Counted from the first letter of the stretch, positions 1 through 9,070 are shown. The stretch is 64,000 nt of DNA from Actinomycetes bacterium (GCA_021796535.1 JAKABW010000005.1:75672-139671); one strand, 5' to 3'. Numbers and translations: made by a program. Notes: generated from the sequence alone by a model not told the origin.

Positions 1-865
1 TGATAACTCCGCCCCCGACGGCCAAGACTACGTCATGCCTGCTCAAATGGAATTGGGCAAAAACCGAGCACAGGTATTCGATGTTGGAAAGTGATTTGGA
101 TTTTTCGCCTTCTTCTATGTAAATGATCTTTTTTTCCAGATCTATGACATCCAGATCGATGGCTGTTTTTTCCAAAATATTTTCGCTCGTCACGACGGCA
201 ACTTTTTTTGCCTCCGGTGGCAGCAGATCTTTTATATAAGAACTTGCGCCCGGCCCTATGCAGACTTTGTAAGAACGCCCGGCCAGTTTTACCTCGACTT
301 CTTCCGTAAGCGCTCTTTTTACTTTTTCCGCTACTTCTTCTTCGCCGAGACCATCCACATCCACGACAACATCCGCTATTTCCAAATAAAGCGGCATCCT
401 TACTTCCAATAAAGCCGCCAAAGTATCTTTTACCTTTTCGCGTTCCGCTTCTTCGTCATTTTCAGTGCCGCCGGCATTGAGAAGAGGTCTCCCCTCTCCG
501 GTGCCCAGCCTGTCGGCCAAAGTGTCGAGAGAGGCCCGCAAAAAAACAACTTTGCCGGCTTGTTCCAGAATGCGTCTGTTCGATTCGTCCAAAACCGCTC
601 CGCCCGCCACCGAAATAATTGCCGGTGGGAACACTTTGACGGCTTCCTGTAAAGCTATACGCTCTTGGCGGCGAAAAGCCGCTTCTCCTTCTTCTTTGAA
701 AATCTCGGCCACACTTTTACCTGTTGCCTGCATCACCTGCCGGTCGCTGTCTATATAAGGTCTTTTGAGCTGATCCGCCAGAATTTGGCCTATTGTCGTT
801 TTACCGGCGCCCATCATGCCGATCAGTAAAATGTGAGCTTTCCGAAGAGAGGCGATTGCTTCCAT
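1..865 (-). CDS. aroK/aroB: Shikimate kinase fused in-frame to 3-dehydroquinate synthase (AroK-AroB). Only the first 288 codons are present; the gene continues past the window start.
   Basis: Absent from the ORF track because it runs off the edge. I reverse-translated by hand from the ATG at 865..863. The N-terminus reads MEAIASLRKAHILLIGMMGAGKTTIGQILADQLKRPYIDSD...AGGAVL, with the shikimate kinase Walker A and core. There is no stop codon. It then continues VEVKLAGRSYKVCIGPG...HDVVLAVGGGVI, the AroB N-terminus with its GGGV motif, at the window edge. Confidence 0.85.
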   Translation of the reverse strand, partial: MEAIASLRKAHILLIGMMGAGKTTIGQILADQLKRPYIDSDRQVMQATGKSVAEIFKEEGEAAFRRQERIALQEAVKVFPPAIISVAGGAVLDESNRRILEQAGKVVFLRASLDTLADRLGTGEGRPLLNAGGTENDEEAEREKVKDTLAALLEVRMPLYLEIADVVVDVDGLGEEEVAEKVKRALTEEVEVKLAGRSYKVCIGPGASSYIKDLLPPEAKKVAVVTSENILEKTAIDLDVIDLEKKIIYIEEGEKSKSLSNIEYLCSVFAQFHLSRHDVVLAVGGGVI

Positions 866-1068
866 ATACCACAATCTTACACTTATCGACTTCAGGGGAT
901 TTCTTACTCTGGCAATTTTCAAAGTTGCAGGCAAGACACCCATAGTGTTTTACAAAAACATATAAAAGATTCAAAAGGACACACAGACGGCATAAGATAA
1001 AGTTAGTCTTTATAGTATCCGGTCATACACCGATGCAACGTTTGAAACAACCGCGCAGGCCTATCTCC

Positions 1069-1141
1069 GGGGGTGTAACTCAGTTGGTAGAGTGCCACGT
1101 TCGCAACGTGGAAGTCGGCGGTTCGAGTCCGCTCACCTCCA
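1069..1141 (+). tRNA. tRNA-Ala, anticodon CGC
   Basis: Cloverleaf folded by hand. Acceptor stem is GGGGGTG/CACCTCC and includes the G3:U70 wobble that is the classical tRNA-Ala identity pair. D arm is ACTC-AGTTGGTA-GAGT. Anticodon arm is CCACG-TTCGCAA-CGTGG. Variable loop is AAGTC. T arm is GGCGG-TTCGAGT-CCGCT. Discriminator is A. CCA is not encoded. Confidence 0.9.
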
Positions 1142-1399
1142 CGTTTGCTGACCAGCCAAAGCCTGGTGCGTTCGCATGCCCTAAACCCGGAAATATAGGG
1201 TAGCCATACGTCAGAATATGATCTCGACGCGGTCGGCCAGCTCTTTGGAGCGCTGCTTCTTCTCGTAGCTGTTCCCTTCTCAATGGCGGTTAAGATCGCC
1301 AACCGCGTGGAAGTAGCAGCTAAGCGTGGCAACGGTCTCTCTTGGTTGCATCAGCCCTTGTCTTTTCGGCTTAGATGGGACGGGGCAACTTTGACCCCA

Positions 1400-2635
1400 T
1401 CATCTTCTCAAAGCTTCTGCGGGTTCTATTCCCGATGCTCTGATGGATGGATACAGACCGGCTAAAAGACCTATAGCAGCGCCCGTGAATGGAGCAACCG
1501 CAACTATATATGGATCTAATGCAACAGTCCAGTGTTTTGCCAGTGCAACCAGGATAACTACCAATACACCGCATGAAGAGCCCACGAGACCGGCAACAAG
1601 GCCCATAAGAGTAGACTCCAGCAGAAAGTGGGCTGCTATATGATACCTCCTTGCGCCGAGTGCTCTTCGTAAACCTATTTCACCTGTCCTCTCTAAAATA
1701 GCCACAAGGGTAGTGTTTGCTATCCCGACTGCCCCTATGATAATGGCTATAGCTGCCAGGATATAAAACAAAGTATTTAGATTTCCAACAACTTGATCTT
1801 TCAGAGCGTTTGGGTTCAATGCCGACATGGCACTAAAATAGGCGGGGTGAGTGGGGCTGAGTGCTACGGGAGCTTGCCTCGTAATAAGATCGGAAGCCCC
1901 GAGCTTGGTATGTATAAGCATTTGAGCCGGAAATTGACTGCTGGGTAGTCCGAATAAGTCAAGAGCCGTGGTTGTGGGGATCATCATTGCGATCTCCAAT
2001 TGAGGCAATCTTCGGTCATTAGATAATATGCCAACTACGCTAAAGGCTTTATCTCCTATAAATACGGCAGGAGCATTTTCGAGGTTATTGATGCCAAGTT
2101 CACTTGCAACAGGACTTGACAGGATAATAACGTTTTGGTGTGTTTTGATATCAAATGAACTAAAGCCTGTACCCTGTGAGATAACACCGCCTGAAGCCGG
2201 CAGGACCGAGGAGTCTATGGCATATAAGTTATATATCTGGCTATAGCCGACACCCGGAAAGGCCGTTGTGGGATCAATTTCTTGAATCTGCCACCAAATA
2301 CCTGATGTTATGACACCCGCCAGCCTGTCTATCGCTTTATCCGAATCAGGTGAAAAATTATAAGCACTTTTACTCTGTGAAGGTCCTATATCGGTGACAT
2401 TTACCTGTGTGGCATCTAAGACATTGAACTGTTTGCTTATCTGGGTAGAAGCCGTTTGGGAAATACCTATCAACACGACAAATGTTCCTATACCAAGAAA
2501 AGTACCTACCATAGTCATGATAGACCTGCCGGGCCTTTGCAGAATAGCGGCTATGGCTTCAAAGATAAGGTCAAAAAATGACAGATGAGAGGGATCCAAA
2601 TATCTCTTTTTCTTTTTAGACCTTATAAACAACAT
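1400..2635 (-). CDS. MacB/FtsX-type ABC transporter permease (module A)
   Basis: 411 aa. It has an N-terminal TM, a large extracytoplasmic domain and a C-terminal FtsX-type 3-TM bundle with ERTGEIGLRRALGARR. Only 3 nt separate it from the upstream ATPase gene. Confidence 0.85.
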   Translation of the reverse strand: MLFIRSKKKKRYLDPSHLSFFDLIFEAIAAILQRPGRSIMTMVGTFLGIGTFVVLIGISQTASTQISKQFNVLDATQVNVTDIGPSQSKSAYNFSPDSDKAIDRLAGVITSGIWWQIQEIDPTTAFPGVGYSQIYNLYAIDSSVLPASGGVISQGTGFSSFDIKTHQNVIILSSPVASELGINNLENAPAVFIGDKAFSVVGILSNDRRLPQLEIAMMIPTTTALDLFGLPSSQFPAQMLIHTKLGASDLITRQAPVALSPTHPAYFSAMSALNPNALKDQVVGNLNTLFYILAAIAIIIGAVGIANTTLVAILERTGEIGLRRALGARRYHIAAHFLLESTLMGLVAGLVGSSCGVLVVILVALAKHWTVALDPYIVAVAPFTGAAIGLLAGLYPSIRASGIEPAEALRR

Positions 2636-2638
2636 AGT

Positions 2639-3358
2639 TTATCCGAGTAATCTGCCATCTGAAAAAGACAAGGAACGTTTGGCTCTTGCTGCCACTTGGC
2701 TGCTGTGGGTAATAACCAGAAGCGTAAGACCGGATTGTGACAGTTCGTCTAGAATATCTAATATCATATCTGCGGTTACACTATCCAGGTTGCCCGTCGG
2801 TTCGTCACATAAAATAAGACTTGGTCTGTTGACTATAGCCCTTGCCATGGCCACTCTTTGACGCTCTCCACCTGACAACTCGCCTGGTAACGCATATGCC
2901 CTTTTGGCTAGACCTACTTTTTCTAGAGCTTCTATCGCATCCTTTTCTCTTTTAGCTCTGGGTGTCTTAATATAAAGTTGAGCAAGCATGACATTTTCTA
3001 GTGCGCTCTTATAAGAAAGAAGGTGAAAAGCCTGAAAAACAAATCCTATCTTCCTGGCCCTTAGGGCACTTCTTTCTTTTTCTTGTAGGTCTTTTGTGTC
3101 TATGTTATCTATATATATTGCCCCGGAACTAGGCCTGTCAAGCAGACCTACCAGATTCAGAAAAGTTGATTTGCCGGAGCCGGAAGGTCCGACAATAGCT
3201 ACATGTTCAGCTTTTCTTATATTTAGACTTACTTCATAAAGAGCTTGCAGAGGAGGAGGGCCTTTATAGACATATGAGACGTCTACCATCTTGACAACAG
3301 AATCTATCTCAATGTCTGCAATTGTATCTTCATCCCGCTTATTTTTGAAAAAAGACAT
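2639..3358 (-). CDS. ABC transporter ATP-binding protein, MacB/LolD-like (module A)
   Basis: Walker A is GPSGSGKST, the ABC signature is LSGGERQRVAMARA and Walker B is LILCDEPTGNLD. Confidence 0.92.
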   Translation of the reverse strand: MSFFKNKRDEDTIADIEIDSVVKMVDVSYVYKGPPPLQALYEVSLNIRKAEHVAIVGPSGSGKSTFLNLVGLLDRPSSGAIYIDNIDTKDLQEKERSALRARKIGFVFQAFHLLSYKSALENVMLAQLYIKTPRAKREKDAIEALEKVGLAKRAYALPGELSGGERQRVAMARAIVNRPSLILCDEPTGNLDSVTADMILDILDELSQSGLTLLVITHSSQVAARAKRSLSFSDGRLLG

Positions 3359-3371
3359 CTAAAGCCTATTC

Positions 3372-5168
3372 CTATTTGATGCCATCGACAACTTCATCTC
3401 CAACATGCAAGGCATTGGGTGTTGTGGGATTGACGGCAATATCTCCGTTTCCACTTATCCCTGTTGTAACTTCGACACGTTTTTCTTTACCGGATCGCAA
3501 GATATTTACATAGGTATTTCCGTTGGAAGTGGCAAAAATGGCAGCTATCGGAACCACCAGAACTGGCTTAGCCGTCTTTGCCGCCGTTATTGATATCTGT
3601 ACATTTTGGCTTACAAGTGATGTAGACACATGAGGTATCGGGGTGATGACTATAGGGTAATCAGCAGTGACTCCTATGCCAGAGTTGCCTGAGTTTTGAC
3701 CGGCACCTGAGTTTTGACCGGCTGGGCCGATAGATCCCGAATTGGAAGATCCCGAATTGCCCGAATTGGATGTGCTTAGATGACCTATTTTGGTTATGAT
3801 TCCTTGACCTTGATACCCAGTAATGCTCCCTGATATTATTACTTTTTGTCCCAGATGAATAGCTGATATGTCACTCGGAGTTATCTGTGCGTCTAGGACC
3901 GGATAGCCCGTTGAAAGTTTGATAAAAGGCAAGCCGGGCTTTGTGCCCAAAGATCCGGATCTGGAAATTATGCGAGCAGGTAAATTGGGTACAAAAACTA
4001 CTTCCGATTCTTCTACCTCAGGTCCAGTGACCTGTTCCAGGGCATCCAGATTGTCGGTTGTACTTTTTATAAGACTTTCGTAGTACGTGATTTCATTTTT
4101 ATATTCAGTCAGCGAGGATGACGGTGAACCTGTATTTATTGTTGCCGAAGGAGAAGATGCCACGCCGGAGTCAGTTAATCCGGAATTACCCGAAGAGCCG
4201 GAGTTATAGCTCACTACATAGTGATTTGCATAGCTTTTAGAATAATCCCTCTTATGTCCAGGCAGGCATTTCAGAGACACGAAGGGGCTTGTCACCTGAT
4301 CCCCTATTGATCCTGAAAGAGATACCACTTTTGCCCTTACACAAGATAAGAATATGGCCTCTGATTCTTCTACCTCAGGCCCGAAAGAAAGCTCAGCCGA
4401 AGAGAGACTTTGCTTATCATTTGCAACACTTTGCTGAGCAGCAGAGACCTCTGCCTGTAAAATATCTGTTCCGGTATTACCTGAGGTATTAGTAGTTGTG
4501 GTAGTCGAGATACCGGGCAGAGAAGTGGTAGTGGTAGTTGATTGATAAAGTTGATTTTTTAAGTTCAACAAATTGGATTCATCACTTTGCAGTGTTTGCT
4601 GATCCTGCTCTATTGCGGAAATACTGCCTGCAAATATAGGAGAAAACCCAATATGGTGATAATAGTCAGATACAGCTTTCTTGGTTCCGTTCCCAAACGT
4701 TCCGATCTGATCTTGTCCTATTGAATACCCAAGTGAGATAAGAGCTCTTTGTAACTCTGCTATATCCGGTCCTTGTTCTCCCGGCATAAGATTGCGATAA
4801 ATGGGTATTTTGCCTTGTAAGACAAACAGGGGATTGCCCGAGATACTGGCCAACACATTACCCGATCTAATAAAATTATGATTGTAGTTGTATACCTTTG
4901 TAATAACAGGTGAGGTTATACCCGACTGCTCAGACGGGTTGATATTCATAACATTTTGCTCTGTAAATGTTCCCCTAAATATTAAATTATTTACAAGTAC
5001 TTGTCTCCTTATGGGAGAAGTAATAAAACTTGGATTGGGTGGAGCAGTCTCTGCTGCAATAGCTGCCGGAGACTTTATCCTAGAAGATAGAACTATCCCT
5101 ACCACAGATACGATGACCAGCAGAACTACAGCTAATAAAAACATCTTTGTTCTTTTATTCATAGACAA
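3372..5168 (-). CDS. Membrane-anchored HlyD/MacA-like periplasmic adaptor with an inserted peptidoglycan-binding domain (module A)
   Basis: 598 aa with an N-terminal TM (LLAVVLLVIVSVVGIVL). It has a PG_binding_1-like motif, GPDIAELQRALISLGYSIGQDQIGTFGNGTKKAV. The C-terminal beta-barrel-like region (PVLVVPIAAIF...VGDEVV) is shared with the paralog at 9071..10339. It also has Thr- and Ser/Gly/Asn-rich low-complexity tracts. Confidence 0.7.
   Translation of the reverse strand: MSMNKRTKMFLLAVVLLVIVSVVGIVLSSRIKSPAAIAAETAPPNPSFITSPIRRQVLVNNLIFRGTFTEQNVMNINPSEQSGITSPVITKVYNYNHNFIRSGNVLASISGNPLFVLQGKIPIYRNLMPGEQGPDIAELQRALISLGYSIGQDQIGTFGNGTKKAVSDYYHHIGFSPIFAGSISAIEQDQQTLQSDESNLLNLKNQLYQSTTTTTSLPGISTTTTTNTSGNTGTDILQAEVSAAQQSVANDKQSLSSAELSFGPEVEESEAIFLSCVRAKVVSLSGSIGDQVTSPFVSLKCLPGHKRDYSKSYANHYVVSYNSGSSGNSGLTDSGVASSPSATINTGSPSSSLTEYKNEITYYESLIKSTTDNLDALEQVTGPEVEESEVVFVPNLPARIISRSGSLGTKPGLPFIKLSTGYPVLDAQITPSDISAIHLGQKVIISGSITGYQGQGIITKIGHLSTSNSGNSGSSNSGSIGPAGQNSGAGQNSGNSGIGVTADYPIVITPIPHVSTSLVSQNVQISITAAKTAKPVLVVPIAAIFATSNGNTYVNILRSGKEKRVEVTTGISGNGDIAVNPTTPNALHVGDEVVDGIK
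3915..4382 (-). repeat. Intragenic duplication inside the module A adaptor gene (copies at 4269..4382 and 3915..4025)
   Basis: GPEVEESEAIFLSCVRAKVVSLSGSIGDQVTSPFVSLK (aa 263-300) recurs as GPEVEESEVVFVPNLPARIISRSGSLGTKPGLPFIKL (aa 382-418). At DNA level, gattcttctacctcagg is present in both copies. Confidence 0.8.
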
Positions 5169-5255
5169 TACTTTACTTTTATCAGCATGAGATAAATAGA
5201 TACGTCTTTCATAAAACAGTTATTTGTCTCAAATAAATCTACATAAAAAATTATA

Positions 5256-6161
5256 TTAATACTTTGTCATTACACGTTTTGCAGCCGTAATAAGATAAGA
5301 GTCGATCTGCGCCATTTCTTGAAATTCTGTAGGATGCTTATTTATAATTTGTTTTTGATAATATGACTCCACCGCCAGCCAAGTATTCATCATGTTTACC
5401 TTGACTTTGCAGTTATAGTCTGTAATAGCTTCTGCAATTTGCGCCTTTTTGGGCGGATGTTTATCATTTTTAATAGCCGGCGGCGGAGTCTTTATGTCGT
5501 AGCCATGCGAAGCCATGCAGGAAGACCATTTCTTTATATCGCTCAGCATTATGGGATTATCTTGCGTTTCGCTGACAGAATTATTTATTTGATTACCAAT
5601 AAAAGTATCTGTTGCATTAAGCTCCTTACCTTGCTTTGCCGTAATAAAATTTGTTGCAGAAACATATTTCAGACAACTATTTTGCATTATATAATATGCC
5701 TGCCCATACTTTTTCGCATAGTTATTATTTAAATCCATCACGTATTTCATATTCCTGTTAGCAAGTGGCGTAGCTGGGGACACATATATCTCATACCCAT
5801 GCACTTCAGCTTCTTTTAGGTTGTAGACCCCAAAAATGTGAGCACTTATTCCCAAGTGTTGAGCATAAAAAGGGTCCTGCTCTAAAGCAAGCAGTGAGTT
5901 GATTGCAAAAGGGACGCCTTTCTTGGCCATGCAATTTTGATCTAATAAAGTTCCCGCATAAAATACCGTTGCCTCCGTATTTGCCGTCAAGACGTAAGAG
6001 GAAAAAGGTAAAACCGGCGCTGGACTATTGACGGGAGGTATATGAATACTGCCTGTGTCTAGAGGTTTTGTCGAAGACAAACCAGAACTGCACGAAGAAA
6101 GAAGGGAAAGAAGAGCAATACTTATAATGATAAGAAATAGTTTTTTACATTTAATTTTCAT
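5256..6161 (-). CDS. Lipoprotein with 4 conserved Cys, unknown function (module A)
   Basis: Signal peptide plus lipobox LLSSC (Cys24). Mature-chain cysteines are C77, C163, C215 and C251. It shares INNSV...W[ST][ST]C[MV]A and other Cys contexts with the lipoprotein at 8116..9069. Confidence 0.7.
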   Translation of the reverse strand: MKIKCKKLFLIIISIALLSLLSSCSSGLSSTKPLDTGSIHIPPVNSPAPVLPFSSYVLTANTEATVFYAGTLLDQNCMAKKGVPFAINSLLALEQDPFYAQHLGISAHIFGVYNLKEAEVHGYEIYVSPATPLANRNMKYVMDLNNNYAKKYGQAYYIMQNSCLKYVSATNFITAKQGKELNATDTFIGNQINNSVSETQDNPIMLSDIKKWSSCMASHGYDIKTPPPAIKNDKHPPKKAQIAEAITDYNCKVKVNMMNTWLAVESYYQKQIINKHPTEFQEMAQIDSYLITAAKRVMTKY

Positions 6162-6277
6162 ATTTATTTATATCAATCTTTATAAAATAACTTAACAAAT
6201 TTACAGATTAGGTACATTGATTTTTAACAAATGTACCTAATCTGTAATACTTACTTCAAAGGTATCTCTATATCTTA

Positions 6278-6727
6278 CTACTGCCAAATAGCATAGGCGG
6301 GATTACATCCAGTCAACGTTGGGTCTTTTACATAGATGCTGTTAGACCAGCCCTCAGGGTATTGTCCATAATATGCTGCCGGATCAACGTATGTACCATT
6401 TGGATTCACTCCATACATGTCATACCACGTATTATTAGGTTGCAATTGTCCGTTGCCTACAAAATATAGAGTCTCACCGTCTGCCCAATAGGCGACGCAT
6501 ACACGATTACTGCTTCCGGCTACGGCGGAAATCCAATCATTTTGAGATGGCCCGGAATGCATGAGGAGCTGATTTACCGAAGGATAACTCTCTTGTCCTA
6601 TTGGATATATTGTCCTTGCAGATGCTATAGGAATAGCTACAAACATAGCAGTCAAACTGATTGCAAATGCAACTATTAGTTTATGAATATCTTCATACTT
6701 CTCCTTTTTTATAGAAACATAAGGCAT
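6278..6727 (-). CDS. Small secreted Trp/Tyr-rich protein, unknown function
   Basis: 149 aa. It has a Sec-type signal (LIVAFAISLTAMFVAIPIASA|RT). The mature chain of about 110 aa has 2 Cys and many W/Y/N/G residues. It is the first gene of the minus-strand module, next to the AT-rich divergent region. Confidence 0.6.
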   Translation of the reverse strand: MPYVSIKKEKYEDIHKLIVAFAISLTAMFVAIPIASARTIYPIGQESYPSVNQLLMHSGPSQNDWISAVAGSSNRVCVAYWADGETLYFVGNGQLQPNNTWYDMYGVNPNGTYVDPAAYYGQYPEGWSNSIYVKDPTLTGCNPAYAIWQ

Positions 6728-6769
6728 ATAAACTTACTTATATAGCTTATGTTATACTTGACCGTGGTT

Positions 6770-6798
6770 ATCCTATATATATATACATACGTTGTCAA
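6770..6798 (-). promoter_or_regulatory. Candidate sigma70-like promoter for 6278..6727 and the genes downstream of it
   Basis: On the minus strand the sequence reads TTGACA (6798..6793), a 17-nt spacer, then TAGGAT (6775..6770). It lies about 40 nt upstream of the ATG at 6727. The context is AT-rich, so a chance match is possible. Confidence 0.3.
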
Positions 6799-8067
6799 GC
6801 AATATTTAGTTATTTTAAACTCAATTCCAAAATAAGAGCCATTTGCTCTGGTGAGACTAAATACGACATGCCTATACTCCCGGTAAATTTCATGGAAAGT
6901 TTCCCCTTCTAGGCATTTTCTTGGGTTGCGGTAGGTTTTCACAGCATCGCTTAGGTCGCTGGGATCAGCTCTGGGATCCTCACAATTCATTGCAAACTAC
7001 ATTAACCAAAATATGAGGATGACTAAATAATGGAGTAAGCAGCGCCGCGGAAAGAAAAGACGGCCAGCAGATCATTTGACAATCCGAGGTCACAGATGTG
7101 TCAGCTTAGCTTAAGCTTTAGTATTCAAACCTCAAGCTAAAGCTATACGAAACCAACTTTAGGTTACCCAGAAAAAGTAAGCATGGGTTATACTCGCTTG
7201 TCTCTTCCCGTAATACCGGGTCGCAGTCAATGGTACTTGTTTTTGACTTTTCTTACATCTGCTGGCGGTATTTTAGCAATTCAAATACCAGACATCCTTA
7301 CACCAAAGTATCCCTTAAGCGTAGTTCTCCTATACTTAGAAAAGCATATATCGAGAGAAGAGTACCTGCGCATTCCCTAAAAATGCACTGTAGGGAAATT
7401 AATTTAAGAGTCTTAAGACAGTTGACAACAAAAATTGATGAACTCTAGACTGTTGGCAATTAAAAAGATACGTTTTATACGATTGAACGAAAGGAGTATT
7501 TAAATTCGCACATAAATGTCCTGTTAATACGATCAGAAGAGCTTTACTTGTAGTTTCCTTGATATTGAGTATTAGCTTTTTCAACCTCACCGAAGACGGC
7601 ACAAAGGCAAATACTTCAACAACTTAGGAATACGTAACTATATCGATACCAAGCCAATATCCATAAGACAAGGACCGAATGGTGTGCGTACGAGTAACTA
7701 TCTAAATACAAGCGTGGCTTACCTGATTGTGGCTTTTTTATCAAAATCATGGTGTCTGGAAATATGATGCGAGAGATTTGGATTACTGTTGGCCATCCCT
7801 CTGCAATACCTGGACGGAAAACAGATTTGAATTATTGCAGGTAGCATCCTCTTGCTTTATACATAGTGTTAGCGCCGAAAGTCTCATCCAAATCAGACTG
7901 ACTGCGTATCATATGTATCCACCTTGCACTGCCAACAACTCATTGATTTCTATGAATATTTCATTAAAAGTCGCCAGTTTATTTACTGTCAGATAAATAA
8001 ACTCCAGACAGATATGTCTACCTTGTCAATCTATTTTGATAAAAAAATAAAACTTTGCTTACTGCTA

Positions 8068-8096
8068 TTGACATAAAAATTTTACAAGCTATAAAT
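8068..8096 (+). promoter_or_regulatory. Candidate sigma70-like promoter for the module B operon
   Basis: TTGACA (8068..8073), a 16-17 nt spacer, then TATAAAT (8090..8096). It overlaps the first ATG of the ORF (8095), which argues for the ATG at 8116 as the real start with a very short leader. Confidence 0.35.
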
Positions 8097-8115
8097 GAGG
8101 GGCGTGAAATATATC

Positions 8116-9069
8116 ATGAAAGTTAGGTTACTTAAAATAAAGTTATTGAAACAATTGATGGCTATCGCGATAGGGTCGGCTATTCTGGCTTCTTGCAGTA
8201 GCAATTCTTCTTCCCTGTCGCAACCCGGTTCCCGTCAAAGTAAAGATACCCTCAATAGCAAGTCCACCCATCGTCCCTCTACCAAAATACCTGCCATATC
8301 TGAAAGCAGTTTGGCATCTTCTTTGTTTGTCGCCACTTCAGCTGAATATAATAATCCTCACTTTCAGAACCAATGGAGTAGTTTTATTACTTCCATGGAA
8401 AACAAAATGGTGGCATCGTGTTTAGAGAATTACGGATTCACGACACAAGAAACAGCATTTATCGCAAATCTACAGCTCAAGGGAAACTCTACAGACAACG
8501 TAGACTATCCTGATGTGGCACGCCTTAGGCAAGGTGACCTTGGTCTCGGTGGCCCTGCAACAACTGCCCAGATCCCAAAATCAAATATCCCTGCAAACGA
8601 AGAAAAAGCATGGGGCGTGGATCTCAGAAAGTGTTTTAACGTAAAATTGCCCGGACTGAACGGGATAGTTGCTCAACTGGATCCGATAAGAGCGATTTGG
8701 AATAATGATCTAACGTCGGTATGGATAAATAACTCTGTCACAACTGCATTGCGCACGTGGACAACTTGTGTAGCAGGCAGTGGCATGGCAAATATGCCGT
8801 CCACCCAACTCGGATTACGTGACTTCTTTGGCAAAATAGACGATTTGATGATGACACATACCAATTTGACTTATAACTCACCTCAGATAGTGGGTTTAGT
8901 CAAGATATATGGTAAATGCATTGCGCCTGTGGCAACAGCAATGGATAACGTACGCTCGCATGACCGTCACATGCTGCTTGCACAATATGCAAGCCAATTA
9001 AACGTAATAGCTCAAGAGATGAGTAAAGAAATATCTATAGACACTGCTAAGTATGGACTAAACATATAA
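8116..9069 (+). CDS. Lipoprotein with 4 conserved Cys, paralog of 5256..6161 (module B)
   Basis: The ORF opens at 8095. I prefer the start at 8116 (MKVRLLKIKLLKQLMAIAIGSAILASC, lipobox LASC). Mature-chain cysteines sit in contexts that parallel the module A lipoprotein: VASCLENYGF, RKCFNV, INNSVTTALRTWTTCVAGSG and YGKCIAP. Confidence 0.7.
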   Translation: MKVRLLKIKLLKQLMAIAIGSAILASCSSNSSSLSQPGSRQSKDTLNSKSTHRPSTKIPAISESSLASSLFVATSAEYNNPHFQNQWSSFITSMENKMVASCLENYGFTTQETAFIANLQLKGNSTDNVDYPDVARLRQGDLGLGGPATTAQIPKSNIPANEEKAWGVDLRKCFNVKLPGLNGIVAQLDPIRAIWNNDLTSVWINNSVTTALRTWTTCVAGSGMANMPSTQLGLRDFFGKIDDLMMTHTNLTYNSPQIVGLVKIYGKCIAPVATAMDNVRSHDRHMLLAQYASQLNVIAQEMSKEISIDTAKYGLNI

Positions 9070-9070
9070 T

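Noticed and set aside
1142-1399. Possible integrase remnant next to the tRNA-Ala. The minus-strand frame reads ...GYPIFPGLGHANAPG..., faintly like the LGH box of tyrosine recombinases.
   Set aside because: Only a 3-5 residue resemblance. There is no RHRY catalytic context, no start and multiple stops in neighbouring frames. This is insufficient to call a pseudogene.
6709-7996. Five 65-93-aa ORFs in the AT-rich spacer between the two ABC modules
   Set aside because: They overlap each other in different frames and have low-complexity, stop-prone surroundings. They have no RBS and no motifs. AT-rich DNA often yields short Ile/Leu/Lys/Tyr-rich ORFs by chance.
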